From the NCBI GenBank assembly GCA_963737905.1, contig CAVTUQ010000002.1, positions 256,001 to 320,000 on the forward strand: 64,000 nucleotides of DNA, read 5' to 3'. The translations under genes were made by a program, and so were the position numbers. Below, piece after piece: positions 28,792 through 38,315 of the stretch. The notes below the pieces were generated by a model. It was not told the DNA's origin. It worked only from the letters and a program-made list of their open reading frames with translations, and searched no databases. The DNA comes from an uncultured delta proteobacterium. GTDB lineage: Bacteria; Desulfobacterota; Binatia; UBA9968. Each line of letters begins with the position of its first letter. The first letter of the stretch is position 1.

Positions 28792-29087
28792 TTCAGCAAC
28801 TGCATCTCCTGAGGATCCAGGCTCTGTCGATGGCGAAACACGGAAATGACGATCGCAAGACCGATCACCGCTTCGGCCGCAGCCACCGCCATGACAAAAA
28901 ATACGATGACCTGCCCTTCCATGGACCCCAGGTAGCGCGAAAACGTGATGAAGGTCAGATTCACCGCGTTGAGCATGAGCTCGATGGACATCAAGACCAC
29001 GATCAAATTTCGCCGCACCAGGACGCCGATCACGCCGATGGCGAATATCACCGCGCTGAGAATCAAGTAGTAGTCGAGCGGCACCAT
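28785..29087 (-). CDS. nuoK: NADH-quinone oxidoreductase subunit K
   Basis: [20 protein letters not shown] and [12 protein letters not shown]. Confidence 0.95.
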   Translation of the reverse strand: MVPLDYYLILSAVIFAIGVIGVLVRRNLIVVLMSIELMLNAVNLTFITFSRYLGSMEGQVIVFFVMAVAAAEAVIGLAIVISVFRHRQSLDPQEMQLLKW

Positions 29088-29092
29088 ATTCG

Positions 29093-29587
29093 TTAAGACT
29101 CCCTCTTGGCCAGAACCACGGCGCCGACGATAGCCACCAGCAACAAGACAGAAGCGATCTCAAAGGGCAGGACAAAGTCAACGAAAAGGCTCTTCGCCAA
29201 CATCTCGGGACTGCCGAATATTTCGGTTGCCGCAACCGGATCCACGGGCGGCTCGCCATTGGACAATAAAGCCGCCAAGCTGCCCGCGAGAAGAAGCGCA
29301 ACCAGCGAAGCGAATCCCCACCATCCTTTGCGCCGCGGCTCCGCAGTGGTGGGATTTAAGAACATGATGACGAAGAGAAAAAGGACCATGATGGCGCCGG
29401 CATAGATCAGAATCTGCAGCACCCCGACCATGGGCGCATGCAGCATGAGAAAAAGAATCGCGATCAAGAAGAGCGCCGCCACCAAGGCCAATGCACAATG
29501 GACCACATTGCGCAGCAAGACGACCATCAACGACGAGAGCACCAGCAGCACAGAAATCAAGTAGAAAGGGATGGCTGAAGCGTCCAT
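29093..29587 (-). CDS. nuoJ: NADH-quinone oxidoreductase subunit J
   Basis: [18 protein letters not shown] and [18 protein letters not shown]. Confidence 0.95.
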   Translation of the reverse strand: MDASAIPFYLISVLLVLSSLMVVLLRNVVHCALALVAALFLIAILFLMLHAPMVGVLQILIYAGAIMVLFLFVIMFLNPTTAEPRRKGWWGFASLVALLLAGSLAALLSNGEPPVDPVAATEIFGSPEMLAKSLFVDFVLPFEIASVLLLVAIVGAVVLAKRES

Positions 29588-29602
29588 GAGTCGAGCGAAA
29601 GG

Positions 29603-30733
29603 CTATTGTGTGGCGATCATTACAATCGCGGTTACGATCACATTCAAAAGAGCGAGGGGGAGCAGCATTTTCCAACCCAGCCGCATCACCTGGTCGTAGC
29701 GAAATCTCGGCACACTCCAACGAAGCAAAATTTGCAGCCAGCAGAAAAAGAGGACTTTAAGGGTAAACGCCGCCACCTGCAGAACGGTCACCGTTAGCTG
29801 CGGGAGCAAGACGGTTTCTCCCCAGGGAAAGTGAAACCCGTCGCGCATGAGATAGGGCACCTGCCATCCGCCGAAGAACAGCGTCGTGACCAGGCCCGCG
29901 GCTGTGACGATCTCGGCGAACTCACCGGCGAAAAACATCAGGAACTTGCCGCCGGAGTATTCCGTGTGATAACCGGCAACCAATTCCGACTCTCCTTCCG
30001 GGAGATCGAATGGAATCCGTTTGGTCTCCGCAACCGCCGCAGTGAAAAAAAGCAGAAACGCCAGCGGCTGTAGTAAAATGCCCCAAGCCGGCAGCCAGCC
30101 GATAGTGGACTTCAGGAATCGCGCCGATTCCGGCAGCATGTCTCGGATCAGAATTCCCTGACCACGCGCGATATCCTGCAAATCCAGCGTGCCAAAAACC
30201 ATGAGGATTCCGATTACGGAGAGACCCATGGCGACTTCATAAGAGATCATCTGGGCCGAGCCACGAACTCCCCCCAATAAGGAGAACTTGTTGTTCGAAG
30301 CCCAGGCGCCGATGACGATGCCGTAGACGCCCAAAGATCCCATGGCAAAGACATACAGAATGCCGATATTGAGATTGGCGACCTGCAGATTGATCACCCG
30401 CTCGCCCAGCACCAAGACGTCGCCGAACGGGATCACCGCAAAAGTTACCAACGCGGTAAACAACGCCATACAGGGCGCCAGGGTATGAAGGAATCTGTCT
30501 CCCTGAGGGGGGACGAAATCCTCCTTGGTCAAAAACTTGAGGGGGTCGGCGATGAGGGTATTGACGAGGCCCATCCCGGCAAAGCCGAAAATCGAGGCGC
30601 GATTGGCCCCGATACGATCCTGAATGAGGGCGCTGCCTTTGCGTTCGATCCAGCCGAGAATACCGGCAAGATTTAAAACCATGAAAAGGACAAGGAAAGC
30701 CTTAACCGCGACGATCCCGATATCAACGATCAT
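29603..30733 (-). CDS. nuoH: NADH-quinone oxidoreductase subunit H
   Basis: ERKGSALIQDRIG, AQMISYE, AETKRIPFDLPEGESELVAGY and PRFRYDQ. Confidence 0.95.
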   Translation of the reverse strand: MIVDIGIVAVKAFLVLFMVLNLAGILGWIERKGSALIQDRIGANRASIFGFAGMGLVNTLIADPLKFLTKEDFVPPQGDRFLHTLAPCMALFTALVTFAVIPFGDVLVLGERVINLQVANLNIGILYVFAMGSLGVYGIVIGAWASNNKFSLLGGVRGSAQMISYEVAMGLSVIGILMVFGTLDLQDIARGQGILIRDMLPESARFLKSTIGWLPAWGILLQPLAFLLFFTAAVAETKRIPFDLPEGESELVAGYHTEYSGGKFLMFFAGEFAEIVTAAGLVTTLFFGGWQVPYLMRDGFHFPWGETVLLPQLTVTVLQVAAFTLKVLFFCWLQILLRWSVPRFRYDQVMRLGWKMLLPLALLNVIVTAIVMIATQ

Positions 30734-32316
30734 GACTGTCCTACATCGCCGCCCAGTTGCACTCCCAGCGGTCCGATCGCAGCATAGTTGAGTCCCTGGT
30801 AACCCGTCACTTCTTTCGCCAGCCCATCGAACACTTCCGACGGGGTGGAGTAGGAAACTCTTTCCCCTAAGGCATCCAGCAACCGACCGAAGATTTCACA
30901 ATCCTGCATTGCGCCCTCTGGAGCGATGGTCGCAGCATTCAGTTTCTGCACCCGCCCGTTTCTGTTGGTGTAAGTTCCTTCTTTCTCCGCGAAATGCGTC
31001 GATGGAAGAACAACATGAGCCAGCTCGGCCGTCGCGGTCATGCGAATGTCTTGAACCACCAGGAAGGAAAGTTTCTTTAGCGCCTGGTAAATCCTGTCTT
31101 TATCCTTGTCTATGCCCGTCAAATCCTCACCGACGACGTAAGCACCGGAAAAATAGCCCTCCAATAGTTTGCCCATGAGCGGTTCAAAGCCGCCGTTGGA
31201 GCTTACACCCATTTCCCTCGCGCCGCGAAAATTCGGCGAACGGTCCGGGCTCATCAAGATTTTCTCAACTTCCGTAAGCTCTCGCTCCTGGTAGAAAACT
31301 TCGAGAGCGCAGTCTTGGGAAAGCCGTTTCATCAGCTTGGCGAACAGAAAAGCCTCTTCGTTCGTGCCTCTTCCCGAAAGTATTCCCGCCAAAGGGGTAG
31401 CACCACGCAAACCGTTCAGCACAACCTCGAGCGCTCTGTCCCACGTCGTCGGGACCAGCCCGCCTTCTTGGCGAATCAGGGGCGTGGTTAACCGTTCACC
31501 GCCGGTCAAATCATGAAAACAATAGCGCCCTTCGTCGCAGAGCCAGTGGCTATTCACCGCTTCGTTGATCCGCGGCTTAAAACGAGCGATGCGGTTTTGA
31601 TACGTTTCGACGCTTACGTTGCAGCCGGTGCTGCAGCCGGGGCAGATGGACGGCGTTTTCTGTAAATACCAGACCCGAACTTTAAAGCGAAAATCGCGAT
31701 CCGTGAGCGCGCCCACCGGACAGATATCAACGACGTTACCGGAAAGCGGGTTATCGAGAACCGTGTCGGGAAACAATGCGATGGTCGAATGATCGCCGCG
31801 ATTGACCACCGCCAGCTCGTTGGTGCGAGTAATTTCCTGAAAAAAGCGCACACAGCGCGTACACTTGATACAGCGCTCGCCGTCGAAGACAACGTTGGGA
31901 CCGAAAACTTCCCGCTTGCGGTCGTGCTCCTTTCTCTCCTCAAACCGGCTCCCCTGCAGATCATGCTGCATGTAATAGTCCTGCAGCCAGCACTCCCCCG
32001 CCTGATCGCAGATCGGACAATCCAGGGGATGGTTGACGAGAAGAAACTCCATCACCGCTTTGCGGACGGCCAGAACTTTCGGACTTTGGGTCAATATCGA
32101 CATCCCCTCCGCCGCCGATGTATTGCAAGCGATCTGGAGCTTAGGCATCTTCTCGATCTCGACGAGGCACATACGGCAGTTACCCGCGATGGAAAGCTTC
32201 GGGTGATAGCAATAGTGGGGGATGTCGATACCCGTCTCCGCCGCCACCTCGATAACGTTTTTGCCTTTGGTGGTGGCGACCTCTTTGCCGTCGATGGTGA
32301 GCTTAATCGGATCCAT
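30730..32316 (-). CDS. nuoG: NADH-quinone oxidoreductase subunit G (short, 528 aa)
   Basis: PHYCYH...GNCRMCLVE (N1b), HPLDCPICDQAGEC (N5), CIKCTRC...CPVGAL (N4) and CPGCSTGC...C (N7). Start reassigned to MDPIKL at 32316. Confidence 0.93.
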   Translation of the reverse strand: MDPIKLTIDGKEVATTKGKNVIEVAAETGIDIPHYCYHPKLSIAGNCRMCLVEIEKMPKLQIACNTSAAEGMSILTQSPKVLAVRKAVMEFLLVNHPLDCPICDQAGECWLQDYYMQHDLQGSRFEERKEHDRKREVFGPNVVFDGERCIKCTRCVRFFQEITRTNELAVVNRGDHSTIALFPDTVLDNPLSGNVVDICPVGALTDRDFRFKVRVWYLQKTPSICPGCSTGCNVSVETYQNRIARFKPRINEAVNSHWLCDEGRYCFHDLTGGERLTTPLIRQEGGLVPTTWDRALEVVLNGLRGATPLAGILSGRGTNEEAFLFAKLMKRLSQDCALEVFYQERELTEVEKILMSPDRSPNFRGAREMGVSSNGGFEPLMGKLLEGYFSGAYVVGEDLTGIDKDKDRIYQALKKLSFLVVQDIRMTATAELAHVVLPSTHFAEKEGTYTNRNGRVQKLNAATIAPEGAMQDCEIFGRLLDALGERVSYSTPSEVFDGLAKEVTGYQGLNYAAIGPLGVQLGGDVGQS

Positions 32317-32339
32317 AAGAATCAAATGACGAAAAATTA

Positions 32340-32400
32340 GAGTGTTGGAGTCACGGAATGATGGGCCGGCACAACAATCCAATAGTCCATTATTCCACTC
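32340..32400. repeat. Octamer-period REP-like inverted repeat in the nuoF-nuoG spacer
   Basis: GAGTGTTGGAGTCACGGAATGATGG ... CCAATAGTCCATTATTCCACTC. Confidence 0.55.
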
Positions 32401-33661
32401 TTACCGTGCAACGCTTTTGCGCGATGTGCTCCTCAAACTCCTCACGATACTTTTTTATAAACGCCGCCGCCGGCATCGCCGCCGCATCGCCAAAGGGGCA
32501 GATGGTGTTGCCCATGATATTGTTGCTGACGTTGAGAATCAGATCGAGATCGTCCTTGTCGCCCTCTCCCTGCTCAATGCGGTGAAAAATCTTTTCCATC
32601 CAGTGACAGCCTTCGCGGCACGGGCTGCATTGCCCACAGGACTCGTGGGCGAAAAACCGTGCAAGGTTCCACGCGGCGCGAACCATGCAGGTGGTATCGT
32701 CCATCACAATGACTCCGCCCGAGCCGAGTAGACTTCCTGCAGCCTGGACGGATTCATAGTCGAGATTTACTTTCTCCAACTCGTCCGGGCGCAGCACCGG
32801 CATCGAACCGCCGCCGGGAATGACCCCTTTCAGTTTTCTCCCGTTGGGCACCCCGCCGCAGTCTTCCTCAAGGAATTTAATGAACGGATAACCCATCTCC
32901 AATTCGTACACGCCGGGTTTGCTGATATCGCCGCTCACGCTAAAAAGCTTGGTGCCTTTGCTCTTATCCGTTCCCATGGCAGCATAAGCCCCCGCACCGT
33001 GCTCGATGATCCACGGCAGCGCCGCCAGCGTTTCGACATTGTTGACCACCGTCGGGCACCCGAACAGGCCGTGGGTCGCCGGAAAAGGGGGTTTGACCTT
33101 CGGCCAACCTCTTCCACCTTCCAGCGAAGACAGCAGCGCTGTTTCTTCGCCGCAAATATAGGCCCCGGCTCCCCTATGAACGATCACGTCTACGTCGTAA
33201 CCTGAGTCGAGGACATTTCTGCCTATGTAACCGGCCTGAGTCGCTTCACCCACCGCGCGTTCGAGAACACCGGCGCCAAACGCGAGCTCGCCGCGAATGT
33301 AAATAAAGGCCGTATGGGACCGAATCGCGTAGGCCGCAATCAGGGTTCCTTCGATGATCGCGTGCGGATCTTTTTCGATGAGCAATCGGTCTTTGAACGT
33401 TCCGGGCTCGCTTTCGTCCGCGTTGCAAACCAGATATTTCGGCTTAGGGCTATCTTTGGGGACGAAGCTCCACTTCATCCCGGTGGGAAATCCCGCGCCG
33501 CCGCGCCCCCTCAGCCCCGAGGCTTTGACCTCGTCGATCAGCTGCTCCGGCCCGACGCTCTTAACGATTTTTTCCCAGGATCGATAACCGCCGCGCGAAC
33601 TATAAACCGCCAGCGTATGGGAATCCGGCACATCGATATTGCGTAGCAGAACTTTTTCCAT
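32390..33661 (-). CDS. nuoF: NADH-quinone oxidoreductase subunit F
   Basis: GLRGRGGAGFPTG, NADESEPGTFKDR, GAGAYICGEETAL and HESCGQCSPCREG. Confidence 0.96.
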   Translation of the reverse strand: MEKVLLRNIDVPDSHTLAVYSSRGGYRSWEKIVKSVGPEQLIDEVKASGLRGRGGAGFPTGMKWSFVPKDSPKPKYLVCNADESEPGTFKDRLLIEKDPHAIIEGTLIAAYAIRSHTAFIYIRGELAFGAGVLERAVGEATQAGYIGRNVLDSGYDVDVIVHRGAGAYICGEETALLSSLEGGRGWPKVKPPFPATHGLFGCPTVVNNVETLAALPWIIEHGAGAYAAMGTDKSKGTKLFSVSGDISKPGVYELEMGYPFIKFLEEDCGGVPNGRKLKGVIPGGGSMPVLRPDELEKVNLDYESVQAAGSLLGSGGVIVMDDTTCMVRAAWNLARFFAHESCGQCSPCREGCHWMEKIFHRIEQGEGDKDDLDLILNVSNNIMGNTICPFGDAAAMPAAAFIKKYREEFEEHIAQKRCTVRVE

Positions 33662-33679
33662 GACGAGCGATAAGCGGGC

Positions 33680-34153
33680 TTATTTCAGTGAAGCGAGTAT
33701 CTCGGTTACCTTTTCGTCGGTCAGATTCTCGTAATAATCCTCGTTGATTTGCATCATCGGCGCCGTACCACAGGAAGCCAGGCACTCGACTTCAGACAGT
33801 GTGAACTTTCCGTCCCCTGTGGTTTGTCCGAGCTCGATCCCCAGCAGTGTCTTCAGGAAACTCGTCAGCTTTTCAGCGCCACGCAGCGCACAGGGCAACG
33901 TGCGGCAGACCTGAATATGATGCCGCCCGATGGGCTTCGTATTGAGCATGGTGTAAAAGCTTACCACCCCCTGGACTCGCGCCGGCGACTGGCCCATGAG
34001 TTGCGCAATGTACTCGATCGCTTCTTGCCCCAGATGTCCAAACTCCTGCTGGGCGAGACAAAGCACCGGCAGCAGCGCCGCCTCTTTCCTGGGATAACGA
34101 GCCACCGTCGCTTCGAATTTCGCGTAAGTTTCCGGTGAGAACTCTAACGCCAT
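33680..34153 (-). CDS. nuoE: NADH-quinone oxidoreductase subunit E
   Basis: VCRTLPC...ECLASCGTAP [2Fe-2S] motif. Confidence 0.95.
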   Translation of the reverse strand: MALEFSPETYAKFEATVARYPRKEAALLPVLCLAQQEFGHLGQEAIEYIAQLMGQSPARVQGVVSFYTMLNTKPIGRHHIQVCRTLPCALRGAEKLTSFLKTLLGIELGQTTGDGKFTLSEVECLASCGTAPMMQINEDYYENLTDEKVTEILASLK

Positions 34154-34166
34154 AGTCTTTCGAACT

Positions 34167-34257
34167 GAAGATCGAGGATGGAGAATTGAGGATCGTGTTG
34201 TCTCGGATCCATTTGAATCTTCAATCCTCGATCTTCCATCCTCAATCTTCGATTTTC
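34167..34257. repeat. Heptamer-period inverted repeat in the nuoD-nuoE spacer
   Basis: GATCGAG GATGGAG AATTGAG GATCG ... CTTCAAT CCTCGAT CTTCCAT CCTCAAT CTTCGAT. Confidence 0.75.
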
Positions 34258-34262
34258 TTACT

Positions 34263-35450
34263 TCAACGGTCGCACTCGCCGCCGATCATGTTAACCATAC
34301 CGAAGGTCGGGACAATATCCGCAACCATGTAACCTTTGATCATCTCATGAAAGGCACCCATCGCAATGAAACACGGCGGTCGCACTCTGATGCGATAGGG
34401 TCGACCGCCGCCGTCGCTCACGATATAAAAGCCCAGTTCTCCGTTGCCCCCTTCGACAGCGAAATAGGTTTCACCGGGCGGCACATGGATTCCTTCCATA
34501 ATGATTTTGAAATGATGCATCAGCCCTTCGATGCTGTTATAGACCTTTTCCTTTTCCGGCAATACGAAGCGCGGGTCGTCGATCCAAACCGGACCCACCG
34601 GAATTTTCTGCAGCGCCTGATCGATAATTCTCATGCTCTGCTCGATTTCCTGTAAGCGACAGACGAAGCGATCATAATTATCGCCTCTGCTCCCCAGAGG
34701 GATACTGAAATCGAGCTGGTCATAAACCAGGTAGGGATAAGTTTTGCGCACATCGTAGTTGACGCCGGTGGCACGCAGGATCGGGCCCGTGAGACAATAG
34801 GTCATGGCCGTCTCTTGAGAGATGGTTCCGACGTTGGACATTCGGTCAATAAATATTCGGTTGCGCGAAAGCAAACGATCGCAGTCGCCCAATATTTTGC
34901 GCACGGTCTTGAACGTTTGGCCGACCCGTTCGGCAAAGCCTTGAAGCAGATCATGCTTCACACCGCCGATGCGAACATAGGTGACGGTCAAGCGCGCGCC
35001 GGTGAGACTTTCAATGATTCTCATGACCAGCTCGCGTGCCTCGATCATGTAAAAGCCCACGGTAATGGCGCCCAGTTCCGACGCCGCCATGCCGCAGCAG
35101 GTGAGATGGTCAAAGATGCGCGCCAGCTCGCTGACAATGACGCGAATGTACTGGCAGCGGGGAGGAGTCTCGACGCCGATGAGCTTTTCCACTGCCAGGG
35201 CATAGCCGACGTTGTTGATCAGCGAAGAGGCGTAATTGAGTCGATCCGTATACGGGATCACCTGTGTCCAGGTCACCTGCTCGCAACTCTTGTCGAACCC
35301 GCGATGGAGAAAACCTACTTCGACATCGCATTCGAGGACTTTTTCGCCTTCGAGTTTGAGATTGAACTTGATGGTTCCATGGGTCGCCGGGTGGGAAGGC
35401 CCCATCTGCAACTCCATGATTTCCAGAGGTAGCTCTTGTGACTCAACCAT
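34263..35450 (-). CDS. nuoD: NADH-quinone oxidoreductase subunit D
   Basis: MGPSHPATHG, GFLHRG, YTDRLNY, GELGFY and GGECDR. Confidence 0.96.
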   Translation of the reverse strand: MVESQELPLEIMELQMGPSHPATHGTIKFNLKLEGEKVLECDVEVGFLHRGFDKSCEQVTWTQVIPYTDRLNYASSLINNVGYALAVEKLIGVETPPRCQYIRVIVSELARIFDHLTCCGMAASELGAITVGFYMIEARELVMRIIESLTGARLTVTYVRIGGVKHDLLQGFAERVGQTFKTVRKILGDCDRLLSRNRIFIDRMSNVGTISQETAMTYCLTGPILRATGVNYDVRKTYPYLVYDQLDFSIPLGSRGDNYDRFVCRLQEIEQSMRIIDQALQKIPVGPVWIDDPRFVLPEKEKVYNSIEGLMHHFKIIMEGIHVPPGETYFAVEGGNGELGFYIVSDGGGRPYRIRVRPPCFIAMGAFHEMIKGYMVADIVPTFGMVNMIGGECDR

Positions 35451-36013
35451 CAGTTCTTCTGGCCCAGCGCTTGTTTGAGCATTAGCAACTTGTTGCGGGA
35501 CCGTTCATCGACGAAGGTTCCCTCCACGGGACGCTCCGGAACCCGCGGCTGCCAGAGATTGACCGGATAATCCTTACGCAGCGGATGACCTTGAAATTCT
35601 TCATAGAGCAAAACGCGCCGCAAATCCGGATGATCGATAAAGCGGATACCGAATAGGTCCCAAACTTCCCGTTCGAGAAAATTCGCGCCTTTCCAAAGCG
35701 GGGTTAGGGAGTCCACCGCCGCGTCCTCTTCGGGCACGGGAACTCGCACGCGAAGCCTCCGCCCTTCCTTCAAGGCGGCAACCTGATAGACGACCTCGAA
35801 GCGTGGCTCTTTCTTCTGCCAATAGTCCACGGCAGTGATATCGCTGAGGAAATCTAAACTGAGTTTCGAATCTTCTTTGAAGAAGCGGAAACTCTCTCTC
35901 AAACCGGTCCTGTCGAGTATTAAAATATCATCACCTCGAAACAGCAACGCTTCCAGAACTCTCGGACCAAGTTTTTCTTGAATATATTGGAGTTGTGCGC
36001 TGGCCTCAGACAT
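35450..36013 (-). CDS. nuoC: NADH-quinone oxidoreductase subunit C
   Basis: TAVDY, RFEVVY, EREVWDLFGIRF, HPDLRR and GHPLRKDYP. Confidence 0.95.
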   Translation of the reverse strand: MSEASAQLQYIQEKLGPRVLEALLFRGDDILILDRTGLRESFRFFKEDSKLSLDFLSDITAVDYWQKKEPRFEVVYQVAALKEGRRLRVRVPVPEEDAAVDSLTPLWKGANFLEREVWDLFGIRFIDHPDLRRVLLYEEFQGHPLRKDYPVNLWQPRVPERPVEGTFVDERSRNKLLMLKQALGQKN

Positions 36014-36019
36014 ATACCA

Positions 36020-36376
36020 TCAATCCCACTCCAGGGCGCCCTTTTTCCATACGTAGACGAAGCCGATCAAAAGGATGCCGAGGAATATGCCCATTTCAAT
36101 TAAACCAAAAATTCCCAGGTGGCGAAAGAGAATCGCCCAAGGATACAGGAAAACGACCTCGAGATCGAAAATAAGAAACAGCATCGCCACCAAATAGAAC
36201 CGCACGGAAAAGCGAATGTGCGCGTCTCCCCGTGGAGGGTTACCGGACTCGAAAGGTTCCGCTTTGACCGGATTAGGCGATTTCGGACCGACTTTTTGCG
36301 CGACGAAAAGCAAGCCGAGTACAACGACTCCTGCCAGTATAAACAGGATGAGCAGCGGGAAATAGGGATGATCCAT
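36020..36376 (-). CDS. nuoA: NADH-quinone oxidoreductase subunit A
   Basis: KAEPFESG, FYLVAMLFLIFDLEVVFLYPWA and WKKGALEWD. Confidence 0.96.
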   Translation of the reverse strand: MDHPYFPLLILFILAGVVVLGLLFVAQKVGPKSPNPVKAEPFESGNPPRGDAHIRFSVRFYLVAMLFLIFDLEVVFLYPWAILFRHLGIFGLIEMGIFLGILLIGFVYVWKKGALEWD

Positions 36377-36391
36377 GAATTGGCGGCTAAT

Positions 36392-36426
36392 AAAAAAAAA
36401 CCGTACCGCCCAATCGAGAGGTACGG
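36392..36426 (-). terminator. Intrinsic terminator-like hairpin inside the nuoA 5' leader (possible attenuator)
   Basis: The minus strand reads CCGTACC-TCTCGATTGGGC-GGTACGG followed by T9, ending 15 nt before the nuoA ATG. Confidence 0.6.
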
Positions 36427-36459
36427 ATTCAGAACCGGTGACACCGGGGATCTAAATTT

Positions 36460-36488
36460 TTTCTAGTGGAAAACAGAGTGCTTGTCAA
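36460..36488 (-). promoter_or_regulatory. Sigma-70 promoter of the nuo operon
   Basis: The minus strand reads TTGACA-17-TAGAAA. Confidence 0.6.
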
Positions 36489-36725
36489 GGTAAAGCATAG
36501 ACTCAGAGGACGTTGATGCAGTTTCTCTTAAAGTTCCGTAGAAAAATCACGATGATGTTGACCAGCCACAACCATCGGTGCTAATCCTCTGGCCGTTCAC
36601 AGGAGGATCGTCCTGTCGATGACGCTGGCGACCCGCGACAACGAATAGTTCCCAATTGTACCGAAAAATGATGGGACTTAAGTGATCCTCTTGTAGTAAT
36701 TTCTGATCGGAAAAAGGAGACCACC

Positions 36726-38087
36726 GTGCTTTACGAAGCGGAAAAAGGCGACTTCACTCTGGCGCTCGCCGGGGACACGATGCTCACGCGCAAGCTTACA
36801 CCTTTCAAAGAGGAAAGGTTCTTGGGGCTGCGTCAGATTATCAACGGCTGCGATGCGGCCTTCGCAAACCTCGAGGGGACGGTGCACACCTGGGACGAAG
36901 GGACACCGGGAATCACGCAGGGTACCTTCATGACGACGGAGCCGAAGCTGCTCGAAGACTTGAAATGGCTCGGCATCAACATGGTTTCCTGCGCCAACAA
37001 TCACGCTTTCGACTATGGCGAGGGCGGCGTGCTGGCGAATATTCGTCATTTGGACGAAGCAGGGATGGTCCACGCCGGCACCGGCAAGAATCTCGCGGAG
37101 GCCAGAGCACCTGGATATCTCGATACGCGCAATGGGCGCGTTGCCCTGATTGCCGCAACCGCTACGTTCCGGCAATGGAACCAGGCCGGCGAACAGCGGC
37201 CGGATCTGCGCGGAAGATCCGGCATCAACCCGTTGGCATTTGAAACTACCTATCGCGTGGACAAAGCAGCGTTTGAACAACTCCAGCGCATGAGCCGCGA
37301 GCTCGGTTTCGAAATGAGCAAGGAAAGAGCGCGCAAGCATTTCTATAGCGACAAGGAAATCCCCGGCGACAAAGCGGCGGAGCTCGTCCTGTTGGGGAAT
37401 CGCTATATGCTGGATCAAGGCTTTTCGATTTCGACCAAGGCCAGCGAACGCGATCTTAGTGACAACCTCCGATGGATTCGGGAAGCCCGCCGTCAAGCGG
37501 ATTGGGTTGTTGTCAGCGCTCACTGCCATGAGTTCGGCGGAGAAACCCTGCTAAGCGCCCGCACGCGAGGCGAACTGGAAGAGACGGCGGACTTTTTCAC
37601 GGATTTCGCGCACAAGGCAATAGACACTGGGGCGGACGTTTTCGTCGGGCACGGCTCGCACTTTCCCATGGGCGTTGAAATCTACCAAGGCAAACCGATC
37701 TTCTATAGTGTGGGAAATTTTGTCTTCCAGAATGAGACCGTCAGCTTTTTTCCCGCCGACGCCTACGAGCGCTTCGATCTGGATCTTAGGGCAACCCCGT
37801 CAGACTTTTTGGATGCTCGCACCAGCGGCGGCAAAAAAGGCCATCCGAGCGACCCGGCCTACTGGGAAAATATGTTCGCCGTCTGCCATTTCGATAAAAA
37901 CAAGCTCAAAGAAATAAAAATCTTTCCCATCGATCAAGGCTTCGGCCGCCCCCGGCCCCAGCGCGGCCGGCCGTTGCTCGCCGAAGGCGAAGTCGCCAAC
38001 CGTGTCATCGAACGGGTCACTCGCCTTTCAAAGCGCTACGGGACTACGATTTCAAAGCGCAACGGCGTGGGTGTTATCGAAATCTGA
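36726..38087 (+). CDS. CapA-family (PGA_cap) metallophosphatase-fold protein
   Basis: LAGDTML, ANLEG, ANNHAFDYG, HAGTG, SAHCHE, GHGSH and YSVGNF, with an AAGGAG RBS. Confidence 0.88.
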   Translation: MLYEAEKGDFTLALAGDTMLTRKLTPFKEERFLGLRQIINGCDAAFANLEGTVHTWDEGTPGITQGTFMTTEPKLLEDLKWLGINMVSCANNHAFDYGEGGVLANIRHLDEAGMVHAGTGKNLAEARAPGYLDTRNGRVALIAATATFRQWNQAGEQRPDLRGRSGINPLAFETTYRVDKAAFEQLQRMSRELGFEMSKERARKHFYSDKEIPGDKAAELVLLGNRYMLDQGFSISTKASERDLSDNLRWIREARRQADWVVVSAHCHEFGGETLLSARTRGELEETADFFTDFAHKAIDTGADVFVGHGSHFPMGVEIYQGKPIFYSVGNFVFQNETVSFFPADAYERFDLDLRATPSDFLDARTSGGKKGHPSDPAYWENMFAVCHFDKNKLKEIKIFPIDQGFGRPRPQRGRPLLAEGEVANRVIERVTRLSKRYGTTISKRNGVGVIEI

Positions 38088-38315
38088 TACATCCCGCGGA
38101 TATTGGCTGGTATTTATCTATCTGCTTCTTTTCAGACGGCATTTTTTTGAAAGTGAAGTACGAAAAAACGCGAGCGCAAGATAATTCATCGGACAATCAG
38201 TGCCAATTGTGAATAGTCAGGTGTGGCTTCTGGGGGCGGATCAACTAGCCATTAGATTAGACCGGCGCTAGAACGCCCCTACGTTACGGATGCGATTTTG
38301 CTCCGACTTCGTGAG

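Noticed and set aside
28792-29301. Apparent 170-aa N-terminal extension of NuoL
   Set aside because: It overlaps nuoK and nuoJ in another frame. NuoL homology starts at about 28791.
36678-37529. 283-aa minus-strand ORF
   Set aside because: It is antisense to the well-supported CapA-family gene.
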